The translations under genes were made by a program, and so were the position numbers. DNA of 64,000 nucleotides from positions 58,962,001 through 59,026,000 of the forward strand of contig OZ024747.1 of assembly GCA_964016885.1 (NCBI GenBank), given 5' to 3'. Source of the stretch: Eledone cirrhosa (lineage: Eukaryota). Below the pieces are notes generated by a model. It searched no databases. It was not told where the DNA came from and worked only from the letters and a program-made list of their open reading frames with translations. Of the stretch, positions 1 through 13,376 are shown in pieces. Position 1 is the first letter of the stretch. Each line of letters starts with the position of its first letter.

Positions 1-137
1 AACTCAAATTCCCGGAACAAACACTGCAAAGCATCTAACCCAAGCCTCTAACAATTCCTAAACTGGTACTTTACTTTATAATAAACACCATATATCGGAT
101 CTACTCATTAAGTATCCCAGATATGTAAGCAGCGAAG

Positions 138-365
138 AGGCGTGACTGGGTGGTTAGATAATTGGATTCGCAATCGTGAGTTTGTGAGTTCGATTCCCGA
201 ACCGGGCAATGCGTTATGTCCTTGAGCAAGACACTTTATTTCACGCTGCTCTTTCTACCTTGTTTTGCGACCGATGGATAGTATTAGCAATTGGAAAGAC
301 CAATGGAAACATTGTTTCCTCGGTCCAATTTCAAGCGAATGAGGTCTGGGATCTTGTCGATCGAC
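138..365 (+). mobile_element. tRNA-derived SINE, V/CORE-like body (subfamily with GGAAAGACCAATGGAAACATTG tail)
   Basis: A/B-box-like head (TGACTGGGTGG...GAGTTCGATTCC) then TGTCCTTGAGCAAGACACTTTATTTCACG; homologous copies at 12300-12517 (-) and 43722-43935 (+). Confidence 0.8.
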
Positions 366-468
366 TGTAGATATGTAAGCAGTTAATTTGTATAGCAGTA
401 GTACTATCCTAAATATATCAACAGTACTGTAATGTGGCTCGAGAATGTTTGTATGTAATAATAACAAT

Positions 469-630
469 GAGGTGGCGAATTAGCAATATCTTTACAACGT
501 CGGAGAGAATGCTTTGCGGCATTTGTTCCGGCTCTTTGCACTCTGGGTTCAAATCCCACCGAGGTGAACCTTGCCTTTCATTCTTTCGAGGTCGATAAAA
601 ATATGTACCAGTCCAGAACTAAAGTCAATG
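469..630 (+). mobile_element. tRNA-derived SINE with Meta/MESC-like core
   Basis: GGTTCAAATCC B-box followed by GAGGTGAACCTTGCCTTTCATTCTTTCGAGGTCGATAAAA...TACCAGT core, which recurs >15 times in the window. Confidence 0.8.
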
Positions 631-850
631 TTTTCCTCTGTCTTTGTCTCTCTCGGAAATCGGCTGTGTTTAGACCTGATTTAAAATGTTACAACGGCGC
701 CCCTACGACTATATCGTGAGTTACGGGTTCATACATACACACTACAACAGCACTATTCCACAGATGTGAGAATTAATAGAATGTGAGTCTAGCATGTTTT
801 TATGTGTATGTATGTAACAGAAGACTGTCTCATAGTTGTGAGAAGTGCTG

Positions 851-1117
851 TAATGTGGGTGTAACATGTTTGTTGGTGTATGTAACAGCAACACTGTCCC
901 ACAGTTGAGAACATTATGGTAATGTGGATGTAACATGTTTGTTGGTGTATGTAACAGCAACACTGTCCCACATTTGAGAACATTATGGTAATGTGGATGT
1001 AACATGTTTGTTGGTGTATGTAACAGCAACACTGTCCCACATTTGAGAACATTATGGTAATGTGGATGTAACATGTTTGTTGGTGTATGTAACAGCAACG
1101 CTGTCCCACAGTTGAGA
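851..1117. repeat. 69-bp minisatellite, ~4 near-identical units with diverged flanking units
   Basis: TGTAACATGTTTGTTGGTGTATGTAACAGCAACACTGTCCCAC recurs at 860, 929, 998 and 1067. Confidence 0.9.
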
Positions 1118-1611
1118 GTAGTGCTGCTGTTACATACAGACACACGAGAGTCATATGACTCTAGTGTGTTTGTATGTAGCAGCAGCACTATCACATATAT
1201 ATAACCAGTACTGTAATGTGGCTATTTTGGTGTTTGTGTAAGTAACAGCGGCAGCATTGTCCTAGATTTCTACCACGTATACGTTGCAGATGTGCAGCGT
1301 ATAAACTGCAGATGTGTTACATTCAATGTGCAGGTGCGTTATGTATAAGCTGCAGATGTATTTAGTATAAGCCGTAGTTATGCCGTGAGCTTTTTGCGAT
1401 AAATCGGAAAATGTCAAGATATTTAAAAAGTACTAGAATGCTTTTTAATGCACCATAAAGTTGCATATGCATTCTTTTGTTGCAACGTGCAGTCTATGCA
1501 TCAGTTGCTTCTCTAAACTAATTTTGATAATCAGGAATTTTTAAATATATATAATGGTTTCTAATTTAGGCACAGGTATATTATACAGACCCCATTATTT
1601 GACTGGTACTT

Positions 1612-1798
1612 GGGGATGGTGGATTGGCAGTATCGGTAGAGGGTCGGACGCCATGCTTTCCACCATAGTTACGTTCCTTTACGATCTGAGTTCAAATCCC
1701 GCCGAGGTTGACTTTGCCTTTCATCCTTACGGGGTCGATAAAATAAAGTACCAGTAATGCACTGGGTAATTGCTGGCCTTGTGCCTAAAGTAGAAACA
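1612..1798 (+). mobile_element. Young Meta/MESC-like SINE nested in an older antisense SINE, 18-bp TSD
   Basis: ATTATTTGACTGGTACTT duplicated at 1594-1611 and 1799-1816; host SINE (-) pieces at ~1552-1611 and ~1799-1945. Confidence 0.85.
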
Positions 1799-2599
1799 AT
1801 TATTTGACTGGTACTTTATTTTATGAACTTCGGAAGGATAAAAGGCAATATTGACCTAGAAGGGATTTGAACTCAGATCGTAAACGGTTATAACCGCATG
1901 CCTTAAGGTGTTTGGTCTGTCATAGTACGTAACTGACTTAGCGTACACTGGGACTAATAGACGTTGGAAACCATTACAGTACGAGGTGAGGGTGATTTGA
2001 CAGCTATTTCTAACATGTCGGGTGACTACATGTAGTAGTAGTAGTAGTAGTAGTGGTAGTAGTGTTGTCCGGTTTATGTGACTGCGCTGCAAGAGTTGTA
2101 GCGATAGTTAAGAAATGGAGAAAGGGAAGAATATATGAAAATATAAGGAGAGAGAGGTAGAAGGAGAGGGAGCGAGGGGGGGGGGGGGGATATATGGTGT
2201 CCGATAGAGAGATGTAGTGAGAGAGAGAGAGAGAGAGAGAGAGAGGGGAAACGTGTACATCACTCTCTATGTATGTGTACCTCTCTCTTTCACTATGTAC
2301 ATATGTGTACTCTCTCTTTCATTATGTATGTGTACTTCTCTCTCTCTCTCTCTCGATGTGTTTCTATCTCTCCGCCAGCCTCTCTATGTATGCATGTGTG
2401 TGTCTCTCTACTAATGTATATATGTATATCTCACTTCCTCGCCCTTTCTCTCTCTCTCGGTTTCTGTGGTTCTGAAAGTGGTGTCTGCGCATGTATGTGT
2501 GTGATGTTTGAGTTAACGTATGCATATATATGTATCTGCAAGTATATGTGTATATGTCGTTATGTGTGTACGTGTGTGTATATATTTTCTTATTCTAGG

Positions 2600-2634
<35 letters not shown>

Positions 2635-2841
2635 ATGCGTGTGCGTGTGCGTGTAAATAGAGAGAGAGTGAGAGAGAGAGAGAGAGAGATAGCTCTAGTA
2701 CCACTACTAATAATTCACTGAATCACACTATATCTGTGTGTGTGTGTGTGCGAATGTATGTGTGTATGCGTGTGTGTGTATGTATGTACGTATGCATATA
2801 TGTGGGTGTTATAAGTTTGTGCATGACTGTATGTATGTATT

Positions 2842-2884
<43 letters not shown>

Positions 2885-3424
2885 ATGTGTGTTATATGTG
2901 CGTGTATGTACATGTGTGTATATATAAGTATGTATAACTTTCGTGTGTAGTTTAGATGTTTGAGTGTCTGTGTATGTATTTGTATGTATATTCATGCATG
3001 TCTGTTAGTGTGTGTGTATGACTGTTTGTGTGCTTCTGTATATGTATACGCATATATATATGTGTGTGTGTGTGTGTATGTATGTGTATATATGTTACAT
3101 GCCTGTGTATGTGTGTTCGTTTCACAAGCAGCTTTATACAAGATATGTTATGTGTATATACGGCAGAATATATTGAAGTGGTGGTCTTTATGCCCGTACA
3201 GTCCTTTATGGTATGGAATGATATTAGACAAGTGGGTAATTGTGTTGTGGTATGAGTCTATCGTATCATCCCAGAGATATGAATTTCGTATCATAGATGC
3301 GTCATAGAACTGTCCTTGAAATAACAGATATATATAGGGTTTTTGTTACCTGTAACTCTACAAAATACTTCGGCAATGCTGGTATAGTCACTACCCCCGT
3401 CTCTCTCTCTCTCTCTCTCTCTCT

Positions 3425-3545
3425 ATTACAAGCAGACGGGAGCCCACGTGCTGGACGCCCCACGGCACCGGCGTACAGAATAGAGAAAATAATTCCCCGG
3501 CGGATGGCGAGGAAGACATGTTAGAAGAGACATTCCAGCTCACGA
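3425..3545. repeat. Dispersed repeat of unknown class
   Basis: Similar to 21285-21400 (CACG.GCTGG.C.CC.CAC.GC.CCGGCG.ACAGAATAGAGAA). Confidence 0.55.
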
Positions 3546-3654
3546 GGTTCCCACCTGCTGGTAGCCAACTCCGTGCCGGTGGTGGTGAGCAGGGAGATGG
3601 TCCTAGGGTCAAGGACATCAGAAGTCTCCATTGTCGCTGTTAACGATGTTTAAC

Positions 3655-3850
3655 CCCTGGTCAGTCCTCTTTGAGCAAGTCTCTCATCAACAGAATCCCA
3701 ACCATGACCATATTGTCTTTGTTTTTCAGCCAGTATGCTTTCAGTATTATATTATAAACAATAGGTTCTTTTTTTTTTTTTAAGAACAAAGGTAGTAGGT
3801 TATGATTTAGATATGATATAGCTGTTATTTCTAACAGGTCTAGTGACAAC
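3655..3850 (-). mobile_element. SINE 3' body fragment (GAAATAGCAGCC...GGTCATGG family)
   Basis: Similar segments at ~9290-9450, ~20385-20560 and ~21420-21520. Confidence 0.5.
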
Positions 3851-3942
3851 ATAGATCCGATCGTTGTTTGCCCGAAACAAGAATTGGTAATTCTCAAATG
3901 GCACAGTTCCCCTAGCAGTAAATAGATAAAATAGGATAAGAA

Positions 3943-4080
3943 AGACGGTGGACTGGTAGCGTCGTTAAAGCATCAGCGTAAGTGGTTCATAGAGTTCGTT
4001 CTCACTCTCTGCGTTCTGAGTTCAAATCCGGCTGAGGTCAACTTTACCTTTCATCATATCGGGGCTGATAAAATACCAGT
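3943..4080 (+). mobile_element. Meta/MESC-like SINE
   Basis: GAGTTCAAATCC...GAGGTCAACTTTACCTTTCATC...GATAAAATACCAGT. Confidence 0.75.
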
Positions 4081-4486
4081 TGAGATTTATTTACTCTCTC
4101 TCTCTCTCTCCCGCTGATCCTTGGTCGATTTCTTCCGGTCAAAGAGAGAGTTCATTCAGACTAGATGGAGGGTCTGCGCCAAGTTTGAATGCCCCAAACA
4201 CTCCATATAGCTCTACAACATCTCTACGATACAATCAGGCGTTCAGAACCCGTGAATGCATTAGGTAATAAGCACCAGCAGCAGTAGTAGCAGAAATAGC
4301 AGCAATATGAAATGGTTTGGTAACTTGTAGCTCTTTGTTCAAATCTATATATTAGTTTGTCTGGACATTAGGGACCTCACTTTAATAACAAGCAGCACTC
4401 CACTATAGTCCCTGTATTAGAGATCAGCAAACTATTTTGGAGGCAGGTCGAATTGGAATTTTTTTTTTATGTCTCGCAAGCCAAGT

Positions 4487-4955
4487 CATCATCGTCGTCG
4501 TCGTCGTCTTCTTCGCCCACATATTCCATAGAGGGTGGTGGGGGAAGAGTGAGTCCTCAAATACTCCTCCTAGCTGGTGCTGTCAGAAACAACCATCTCC
4601 AACTGATCCGGCTGGATTCCCAAGCGTGACCAGCCAAGCTCATGGAAGTTATCCAACCACCTTGCTCAGGGTCTACCCCTGGGTCTCCTGTCGGTTAGTC
4701 TTGCCTGTAAAATCTATCCAGTGATTCTTTCCTGAGACATTCTAACCACATGTCCATAGTATCGGAGCTGTGATCTCTCAATTCGGAGAAGTAGTGGCTG
4801 ATCTCTGAGCTACGCGCTCTGTCGAGTAACGTTACTCCAAAGACCCCTCGGAGGAACCCCATTTTGGCTGCTTGTATTAGCGATCGCATTCTTTCAATCA
4901 TTACTCAAGATTTATAGTCATAGGTAAGGGTTGACATAAATACCGAATTATAGAA
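4487..4955 (-). mobile_element. RTE-clade LINE 3' fragment (RT C-terminal region, decayed)
   Basis: Minus-strand translation ERMRSLIQAAKMGFLRGVFGVTLLDRARSSEI, then (frameshift) YYGHVVRM...RRPRGRP..RWLDN; ends in a (GAC/GAT)n tail. Confidence 0.85.
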
Positions 4956-5264
4956 CTAATAAGCATAGCATATATACAGTGTCACTTATTCAATGCAGTC
5001 TGTGGCCTTGATGAAATGAAACTGCTTGCCATTGGGGTCATGGCAACCGATGGTGATCAAAATGTAGATATATACTGTGTCTTTACTTTAACTACCGTAA
5101 CTCATGATGCAATAGTAGGGGCGCTGTAGTGGAATTCAGCTTTTCTTGAACATTTCAAGCCTGACAGCGCCCAACACTTTCCAGGTCATATTACAACAGA
5201 TTCCTTCCATAGAAGGATTGGTAGGGAGAGAGAGAGGAAGTGGGAAAGAGAGATATAGAGGAAG

Positions 5265-5410
5265 AATTGACCTCCAGTACTAGACTAGTAATTTTTTTAT
5301 CGACCTCAAAAGGATGAAAAGGGTTGACCTCGGCTGGATTTGAACTCAGAGAGCAAAGAGCTGAAAAGAATACCACAAAACATTCTCTCCGGCGCTCTAA
5401 TGACTCTGTA
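5265..5410 (-). mobile_element. Meta/MESC-like SINE
   Basis: TTTATCGACCTCAAAAGGATGAAAAGGGTTGACCTCGGCTGGATTTGAACTCAG. Confidence 0.75.
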
Positions 5411-5584
5411 AATAGTGTAGATTCAGTTGTAAATATGTACTGTGAACATAATGTATATATATATAGTAAATATAGAGTGTAATTAATGTAGATTTATGCA
5501 TTGTAAATATGAACAGTAAACATAGTGAAGACACAAATATTGCAATTAGACAGTGTAAACATAGTTTAGCTGTAAATATTGTTG

Positions 5585-5880
5585 CGAAGGTACCTGGCTT
5601 AGTGTTTAGCGTGAGTTAGATTCCCGGCAGCATTTTGTGTCATTGAGCAAGACACTTTATTTCTCGCTGCTTACAGTTGATTCAGATTGAGGAAAATGAG
5701 TTGGATCTGTAATTCAAACAATCAGCCCTGTCACACACTGGGCCACGCTGAATCTTCCTGAGAACATTGTTAAAAGTACATATATATGTAGAATGCTTAG
5801 CTATTTGCACATTAATTTCAGGAGCTGGTTTTCTATTGGTCGCATCAACATGAACACTCATCGTGGCAACCGACGGATGT
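5585..5880 (+). mobile_element. V-like tRNA SINE
   Basis: TGTGTCATTGAGCAAGACACTTTATTT core; related copy at 6323-6520. Confidence 0.7.
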
Positions 5881-6322
5881 AGAACGTATGAAGAAATATT
5901 CTAAATATACATTGTAAACATATTGTAAATAAAAATGTTGGCAATATAACCATTTATGTAGATACATATATTGTACATATGCACTTCAGGTTTTGTTTTG
6001 TTTTGTTTTGTTTTGTTGGGGGGGTGGGGTCATACACAAAACATTTACAATACCCCCCCCCCCCCCCCCCACACACACACACCCCCCAATTTTACATATC
6101 TAAGTTAGCTTGGTGCAAGTAATTGGAATTGAAAAGTTATACATACAGGTATAAAATTCAAAAATTCTAACCATCCTAAAACTAAAAACCCCAGCTAAGG
6201 GCACAAATAAATTGCTGCGGCCATCGCTGGTGCCCTGCCCGCTGCAGGGGTACGGGGAAATTGTCCCCTTGTGCCTCTCCCCATTAAATCCGGCCCTGTA
6301 CACTGTATATTTATAATATGTG

Positions 6323-6520
6323 AAGGTGCGTGGCTTTATGGTTAGTGTATTCGGCTCATTATCGTAAGGTCTCAAGTTCGATTCGCGGCGGTGCCTTGTG
6401 TCCTTGAGCAAGACACTTTATTTCACTTTACTTCAGTCCACTCAACTGGCAACAATAAGTTGTATCTGTGATTCGAAGAGACAGACTTGTCACAATGAAT
6501 CTCCCCGAGAACTACGTGAA
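6323..6520 (+). mobile_element. V-like tRNA SINE
   Basis: GTGGCTTTATGGTTAG...GTTCGATTCG head and TGTGTCCTTGAGCAAGACACTTTATTTCAC core. Confidence 0.75.
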
Positions 6521-7069
6521 GGAAGGTCTATATCCAAGCCTGTCAGTGTATATATAGTATTACTACAAATATTAAGTACACATTCTAGTTTCTATGTCTT
6601 TATATTTTGAAGAGACACAATTTTATGAATTCTAAAAAGTAAGAATAGCAATGACATTTTAACATTCGTGATAAAGAATACAAAAGTCAGGTTTTTCCCC
6701 CCCAAGTCTTACTGATTGCAACATAGTAATATTAAAACCGATTTCTACATTTATTCCTGGTTGCATGAAATTTTATTTAAGAGAAGTCCAAAGATTAACT
6801 ATCAAGGGTGAAAGATAATTTATTATCGTATTCAAATTTAAGATTTCATTTATTTAATTAACTAAGCTACATTTGCTAGACACGTCTCAGTAATAAACAC
6901 CTGATATATCCGTGTCGTAGTGGAAGCTTTTAGCTAACAGCAAACATATTTGTATGTTGAAACAATGAGACAAAATACGTTATAACACCTTGTGGAGCTA
7001 TGGTCACGTTGTTGGTCAATTGAACTAGAAAATAGAAGATCGATATCTGTTATAGTATTCAGTGTTCTC

Positions 7070-7295
7070 TTCCTTACCTACTTTGACGCTTCCTACTTTG
7101 ACGCTAAACTCCACCAGTTGCAGACTGCGCATCAACATGAGATATTTTTCTCCACAAAGTTCGATCACCAACAGCAGAGTTTAAGGAGCAAAGATCAATT
7201 CTAGTCCATAGGTTGATCCTATTGGCTGCTGGTGTCTGCCGCTTCTCCTACCAGCCAACCTCCCTTCCAGGCATAATCTACTCAGTTGAAAGCTG
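7070..7295 (-). mobile_element. RTE/RTEX-like LINE 3' end
   Basis: Minus frame ...RINLWTRIDLCSLNSAVGDRTLWRKISHV*, followed by a short duplicated tail (GCGTCAAAGTAGG x2). Confidence 0.6.
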
Positions 7296-7360
7296 CCCAA
7301 CCTAGAGCGATGCGATGTATTAAATTAATTCAGTATATAATTCACACACGACAATTGCTG

Positions 7361-7407
<47 letters not shown>

Positions 7408-7504
7408 GAGAGAGATGTATAGTAATAATAATTATGAAGACCAAAATCCGAAGAGGGCTCGATAAGGATTATATATATATAATATATATATAGATATATA
7501 CGGT

Positions 7505-7562
<58 letters not shown>

Positions 7563-7908
7563 GGTGTCCCAAAAAATACATACATACTTTTATTACCTTT
7601 ACAAGCAATATTTATTAGAATGCTGATGAAGTGTGTATGCATTTTGGTGGGCGGGGTGATACCCTGTTGTTGTTAGAGAAAGAGAGAGAGGAATTGTTTT
7701 TCTTTTTTTTTCCTTGATTCATCAAGGTGACATTATTAAAAAAATGAGAGGGGCAATTCTTTAAAAAATGAGTTTTATAATATATATAAAGTATTACCGG
7801 TTTCGATATATTAGTAAAATTCATCTTATCAAATGTTGAGTTAACCTAATATATTCCTTCCATATACTGTACCGATTGTGTTGTTATTTCTGTTTACCTT
7901 TTCCATAC

Positions 7909-7939
<31 letters not shown>

Positions 7940-7941
<2 letters not shown>

Positions 7942-8040
7942 GGGTGTCCCAAGATCATGTATAACAAACTTCAACAGCATTCTGATTAACATTTCCTTTA
8001 TAGGTAATTAAAGCGTGTATACATTTTTGGGACACACTGG
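7940..8040. mobile_element. ~100-bp Tc1/mariner-type MITE
   Basis: Terminal inverted repeats AGGGTGTCCCAA / TTGGGACACACTG beside TA; the same TIR occurs at 7560 and a homologous MITE at 59844-59945. Confidence 0.65.
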
Positions 8041-8257
8041 ATATATATATAAGAGAGAGAGAGAGAGTTTTATACTTTGCTTGAAGTACTGTTGAATATG
8101 AAGCTAGATAGGATTTGGAACTTATTACAATGCAAACGGGGTTGTGACTTGTTATAAGGCCGGATAAAGAAGAAAGAATTAGACGGAACTGTTTAATAGA
8201 ATAGAACATAAAACGAAAAAAATCTGTTACCTTACCAATGTTTAATAAAACCAATAT

Positions 8258-8470
8258 ATGTGACTTGGTGGTTAGGGTGTTGGACTTAAGATCATAATGT
8301 CGTGGGTTAGATTCCTGGGCTGGGTTGCGTGTTGTGTTGCACCACTATACTAAGCTGAAAATAAGTACCTGTCCAGCTGGAAGTCTTGTACTCTCAGTCG
8401 CTTCATGCCACGGAAACCGAGATTAGCACCGGCCTGCTGAAGCTATGGGCTCGAGACAGACTTTAGACTT
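8258..8470 (+). mobile_element. V-like tRNA SINE
   Basis: tRNA-like head and tail TACTCTCAGTCGCTTCATGCCACGGAAACCG; related pieces at 9680-9925, 12152-12235, 35850-35960 (-) and 36757-36884. Confidence 0.7.
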
Positions 8471-8882
8471 AGACTTTTAGAAGGAAATTGTTAGGAACGC
8501 CGGGCTTTTCAGAATGTTGTGCTTGAAGTAAAGCTATCACAACCCCATAAACTTACACTAAACCCTACTCTGTAGACAGTTAACGCAAAGACATTAATTA
8601 CAGACGAATGTAAAAAAATAAATAACATAATATGAAAGATAAATATGTGCATTAAAGGTTTTACTTATCCTCGCATTACAATTGGTTTCGTAGACAGTAA
8701 TCGTTCTTATATATGACCATCGACATACGTAATCGAACTAAGTAGAGGTTTGAGGGATGACTGATACTTCCACTGTTATGAGCTTCGACAAGAAAGATAT
8801 CAGACACCAACTAGTCTTATGACAAAGAATGGAAATTATGTTTGACTCAACCAATGTCTGATGGAATTCTTAGTCTAGAATC

Positions 8883-8989
8883 CAGTAGCGTGGCTAGAGG
8901 AGGAGTGCGGTCCAACCCGGTCCACACTTTTATGAAGGCGGCTCTTTGGGATCTTTTAATGTCGCAGCATAATATAATTGTATACAGAT

Positions 8990-9065
<76 letters not shown>

Positions 9066-9166
9066 CTTTAAGAGTGAGTCACTGAGCAATATGTATTTTT
9101 GTGAGAGCCCGTGGGCGGCAAACTGAAGGGCTGCCCCGAGTGGCACACACTCTAGCTACATCACTG
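8883..9166. mobile_element. Non-autonomous hAT-type DNA transposon containing a (TA)n tract
   Basis: TIRs CAGTAGCGTGGCTAGAG / CTCTAGCTACATCACTG; perfect 8-bp TSD CTAGAATC at 8875-8882 and 9167-9174. Confidence 0.85.
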
Positions 9167-9679
9167 CTAGAATCTGATCAATATAGATAATGAAGGACAT
9201 AGGGTGAGTGATTCATGGAATGAACTGCAAATATTTGTAATTGCTTAATCAATTACAGAGAGCTCCGATCAATGATGATGCCCATGTAGAGTCACTAGAA
9301 ATAGCAACCAAATATCCCTCCAAACTTAGATAAAAAAATGAAATATTAAATAATGTAATCTTAGATAATCTTAACATAAGAGATGATCACAGCTGGAATG
9401 TCTTAGGATGTTTTACCCAATCGGGGCTAACTCGGAGCTGAATAATAACAACATGTTCAAGACTGATATTTATTTTATCAACTCCAGTCAGCGTGATTTG
9501 ACCTTTGAATAGAGCGGTAAGGACATTTTGAAAGACGCTCTGTTGATTCTATTAAACTCGTCAAACTCAGGTGCTCCACCGATTCTGCTAAGACTAAGTA
9601 GCCAGAAATTGTTGTTGAACCTCCATCGGTTCCGACAATGAATATTTAAATTGTTTAAGTAATGGGGTAGTCTGCTAGT

Positions 9680-9925
9680 GGAGGCATGTGGCCTAGTGGT
9701 AAGGGTGTTGGACTTACGATCATAATGTCATCGGTTTGACTCCTGGGCTGGGTTGCATGTTATGTTCTTGAGCAAAACACTTCATTTCACGTTGCCCCCG
9801 TATACTCAGCTGAAAATGAGTACAAGCAATAGCAGGGGATTTAAGCCTGATTTGCGTTCTGTCCATGGGAAAATTTATACTCTGTCACTTCATGAAACAG
9901 GGATAAGCACCGGCTCAACGGGCTG
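9680..9925 (+). mobile_element. V-like tRNA SINE
   Basis: GGAGGCATGTGGCCTAGTGGTAAGG head and TGTTCTTGAGCAAAACACTTCATTTCACG core. Confidence 0.8.
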
Positions 9926-10476
9926 CTCGCAGCGCACGCGGGCATGCATGCTATTGAAGTTAACTTGCAAGTGACTGAGTATACTTAGGGAGGGAGATTC
10001 AGTGTAACGCAATGAGTCAAAACTGACATTTTAAGTAAAAGGCACAACTATCTTTTAACAACTCAGTGGATTGGAGTGATGTGAAATAAAGTGACTTGCT
10101 CAAGGGCGCAGGTCATGTACGACTAAGCCATGTACGTTCACTGGCAGAGATAGTTGAAAGTTAAAGAAACAGCAACGGGTTAATAGTACATAGACAGTGT
10201 TGTTGTGTGTTAGGTGAATGGAGGAAGGAGAGATATGCAGGCCAAATAATATGAGCAGCCACTAAGACGCAGATCGATATTGACACGTCATCATTCATGC
10301 TACATTACTAAGTGCACCAACACGAAAAACACTAAAATAATAACTCACCATCAACTGAAAGAACCATCATGAAAGCGGCTAGACCATCTATCTCGGTAAA
10401 GAGAGCAACACACACACACACACACACATATATAGATATATATATATAGGGAGGAAGATAGACGGACAGACAGATG

Positions 10477-10539
<63 letters not shown>

Positions 10540-10894
10540 GTGTGTATATATAAATGTATGTGTATGTATATATATATAAATGTGTGTGGATGTATATATA
10601 TAATAGGTGATTCAGTAGATTCGTGGTTTACTGAAGAAGGTACCAAATTCAGCACTCTTTGCTAAAGCAGAGTGTATATATTTAAAACAAAGTGTTTTTT
10701 ATCACATTAAGGTTTTTATCGATTATACACATTTACGATCGATTCGTAGATAGCTGGCTCAGGATCTATATAGACCCGACTCCAACCTGATCTACTCATC
10801 AGATTTGTCAAGCAAGCAAAGCCAAAATCTGATCACTTTGTTTTCAACGCGCGCAAACACACACGCACACACACACATATATATATACACACTA

Positions 10895-11135
10895 AGTACA
10901 TTCAAGAACTTTTGAAAATTGAAACATTTATCAGACATTTATTTAAGTCAGATCATCACAAAACTCTTGTCTTCCTCAAAATAGGATCCCCAAACTTCAA
11001 TGCACTTCTTGTAGAGCTTCAGTCACTTCTAGAAGGTCCCCTTGTCTATCAAAGTGAAGGTGTCTAGGACACTTGTCACAGCTTTGGAAACCCCTAGAAG
11101 TCGCATGGTGCATTGCGTTGGATTGTACGAAGGAT
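10895..11135 (-). mobile_element. Internally deleted mariner relic (transposase C-terminus)
   Basis: Minus frame AVTSVLDTFTL...LYKKCIEVWGSYFEED resembles the mariner C-terminal KCI...GxYFE motif; contains stops. Confidence 0.6.
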
Positions 11136-11193
11136 ATATATATATATATATCCAACCCGCCCGTCCCCTTAATCTATCATATTTCTCATTCTT

Positions 11194-11229
11194 TCTTCTG
11201 ATGAAGGACTAGCGTCCGAAACATTAAGA
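11194..11229 (+). ncRNA. Minimal type I hammerhead ribozyme motif (Penelope-like)
   Basis: TCTT-CTGATGA-A-GGAC-TAGC-GTCC-GAAA-CA-TT-AAGA; helix I TCTT/AAGA. Confidence 0.7.
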
Positions 11230-11380
11230 CCCTCTTCCTGCTATACCAAGTGTTGACCTAATATATATATATATATATATAATGTGGGACGTTATTGCAC
11301 TGCTCCAAGCGTAACCCAAGTGTAGATTATGACTTATGTATTAATATGATAAACGGAAACCTGGTTGACGACTGTCATGC

Positions 11381-11421
<41 letters not shown>

Positions 11422-11445
11422 CCCTGCGATGGACTATAAATATAA

Positions 11446-11542
<97 letters not shown>

Positions 11543-11966
11543 TATATATAAATATATATATGAAAAATGGCGTGCTGCGTGGTTGCAAATGAGTTACATA
11601 TGAATAAAATTAGTCCTTCATCAGTGATCTTCCAACCTTCATTGGTATTTCTTCGCTTTAAAGATCATATACCTCTGGTTGGTGCGAGCAATAACTAAAG
11701 AAAGTTATTGGGACACGTAACATAGGGTGAAGCGAGCGAGACATGTAAACAAACATAAATGGTAATGCAACGGAAAGAGAGGAAGAGAAGAGACAAGTCC
11801 GTGATATCTATGAACTTAACTTCTGTGAAATCATAGACGAGAGATAAAGACCATCCGACCTGAGTGAGAAAAGGATTTCAGGCAGGTCAAACGGGAGGAT
11901 ATATATATATATATATATATATACGATATTAAACAAATGGAAACTACATTTATAAAACCATATTTA

Positions 11967-12028
11967 TTTCATTATATATATTTCAGGGATATCATATTAA
12001 AAATATGGTATGCCCTCTTCAGACAAAA
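11967..12028 (-). ncRNA. Type I hammerhead motif
   Basis: Minus strand: TTTTGT-CTGAAGA-GGGCATACCATATT...AATATGATATCCCT-GAAA-TATATA-TA-ATGAAA; palindromic helix III ATATATAT. Confidence 0.65.
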
Positions 12029-12115
12029 TACAATATATAAACAGTTTTATAAATAAATTTGACATACCTTGAAAAAATTTACTCGTTGTAACCCAACAAT
12101 TTTAAATAAAATTTT

Positions 12116-12154
<39 letters not shown>

Positions 12155-12299
12155 CCTGCGATGGACAAGCGTCCTGTCCAGAAAGAAATCTTGTGCTCTC
12201 AGTCGCTTCACGCCACGGAAACTGGGATACTGATAAACCTCCGAGCTCGATATATATACATATATATTTGTCTGTGTGTGTATGTATGAGTGTGTATCA

Positions 12300-13000
<701 letters not shown>

Positions 13001-13162
13001 TTGCTCTACGGTTCTTATATATCTGATATATATTTATCCTTATCGAGCCCTCTTTCGATTTTAGTCTTCAAATTTATTATTACTATATATATATATAGTG
13101 GTAGAACACTGGAAGGTAATATCCGTAGTGGTAGAGCACTCAGTCGATGGGACGAGTTAGGT

Positions 13163-13331
13163 AGAAGTGGTTACACAACAGTTAGTTCACCATACCGAGA
13201 ACAATTGTTTCACCTTAGCGGATCCTCAGCTCGTAATGTTCCGTATAACCATGCCCATTACGAGCTGATGATCCGCTAAGGTGAAACAATTGTTCTCGGT
13301 ATGGTGAACTAACTGTTGTGTAACCACTTCT
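13163..13331. ncRNA. Fold-back palindrome with complete hammerhead ribozyme motifs on both strands
   Basis: 76-bp arms, 17-nt spacer; + strand 13261-13298 CGAG-CTGATGA-TCC-GCTAA-GGT-GAAA-CAATTG-TT-CTCG; - strand 13196-13233 is the same with CTGAGGA. Confidence 0.85.
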
Positions 13332-13342
13332 CTCTCATATAC

Positions 13343-13376
<34 letters not shown>

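Noticed and set aside
742-1194. Cys/His-rich repeat proteins
   Set aside because: They result from a 69-bp (multiple of 3) minisatellite; no exon evidence
9680-9752. tRNA-like sequences here and at other SINE heads
   Set aside because: No full cloverleaf, and each continues into a SINE body
10628-10690. Isolated CTGAAGA/CTGATGA words (also ~11620 minus, ~38930 minus, ~44110 minus, 57944)
   Set aside because: No convincing helix II-GAAA-helix III-NUH-helix I arrangement
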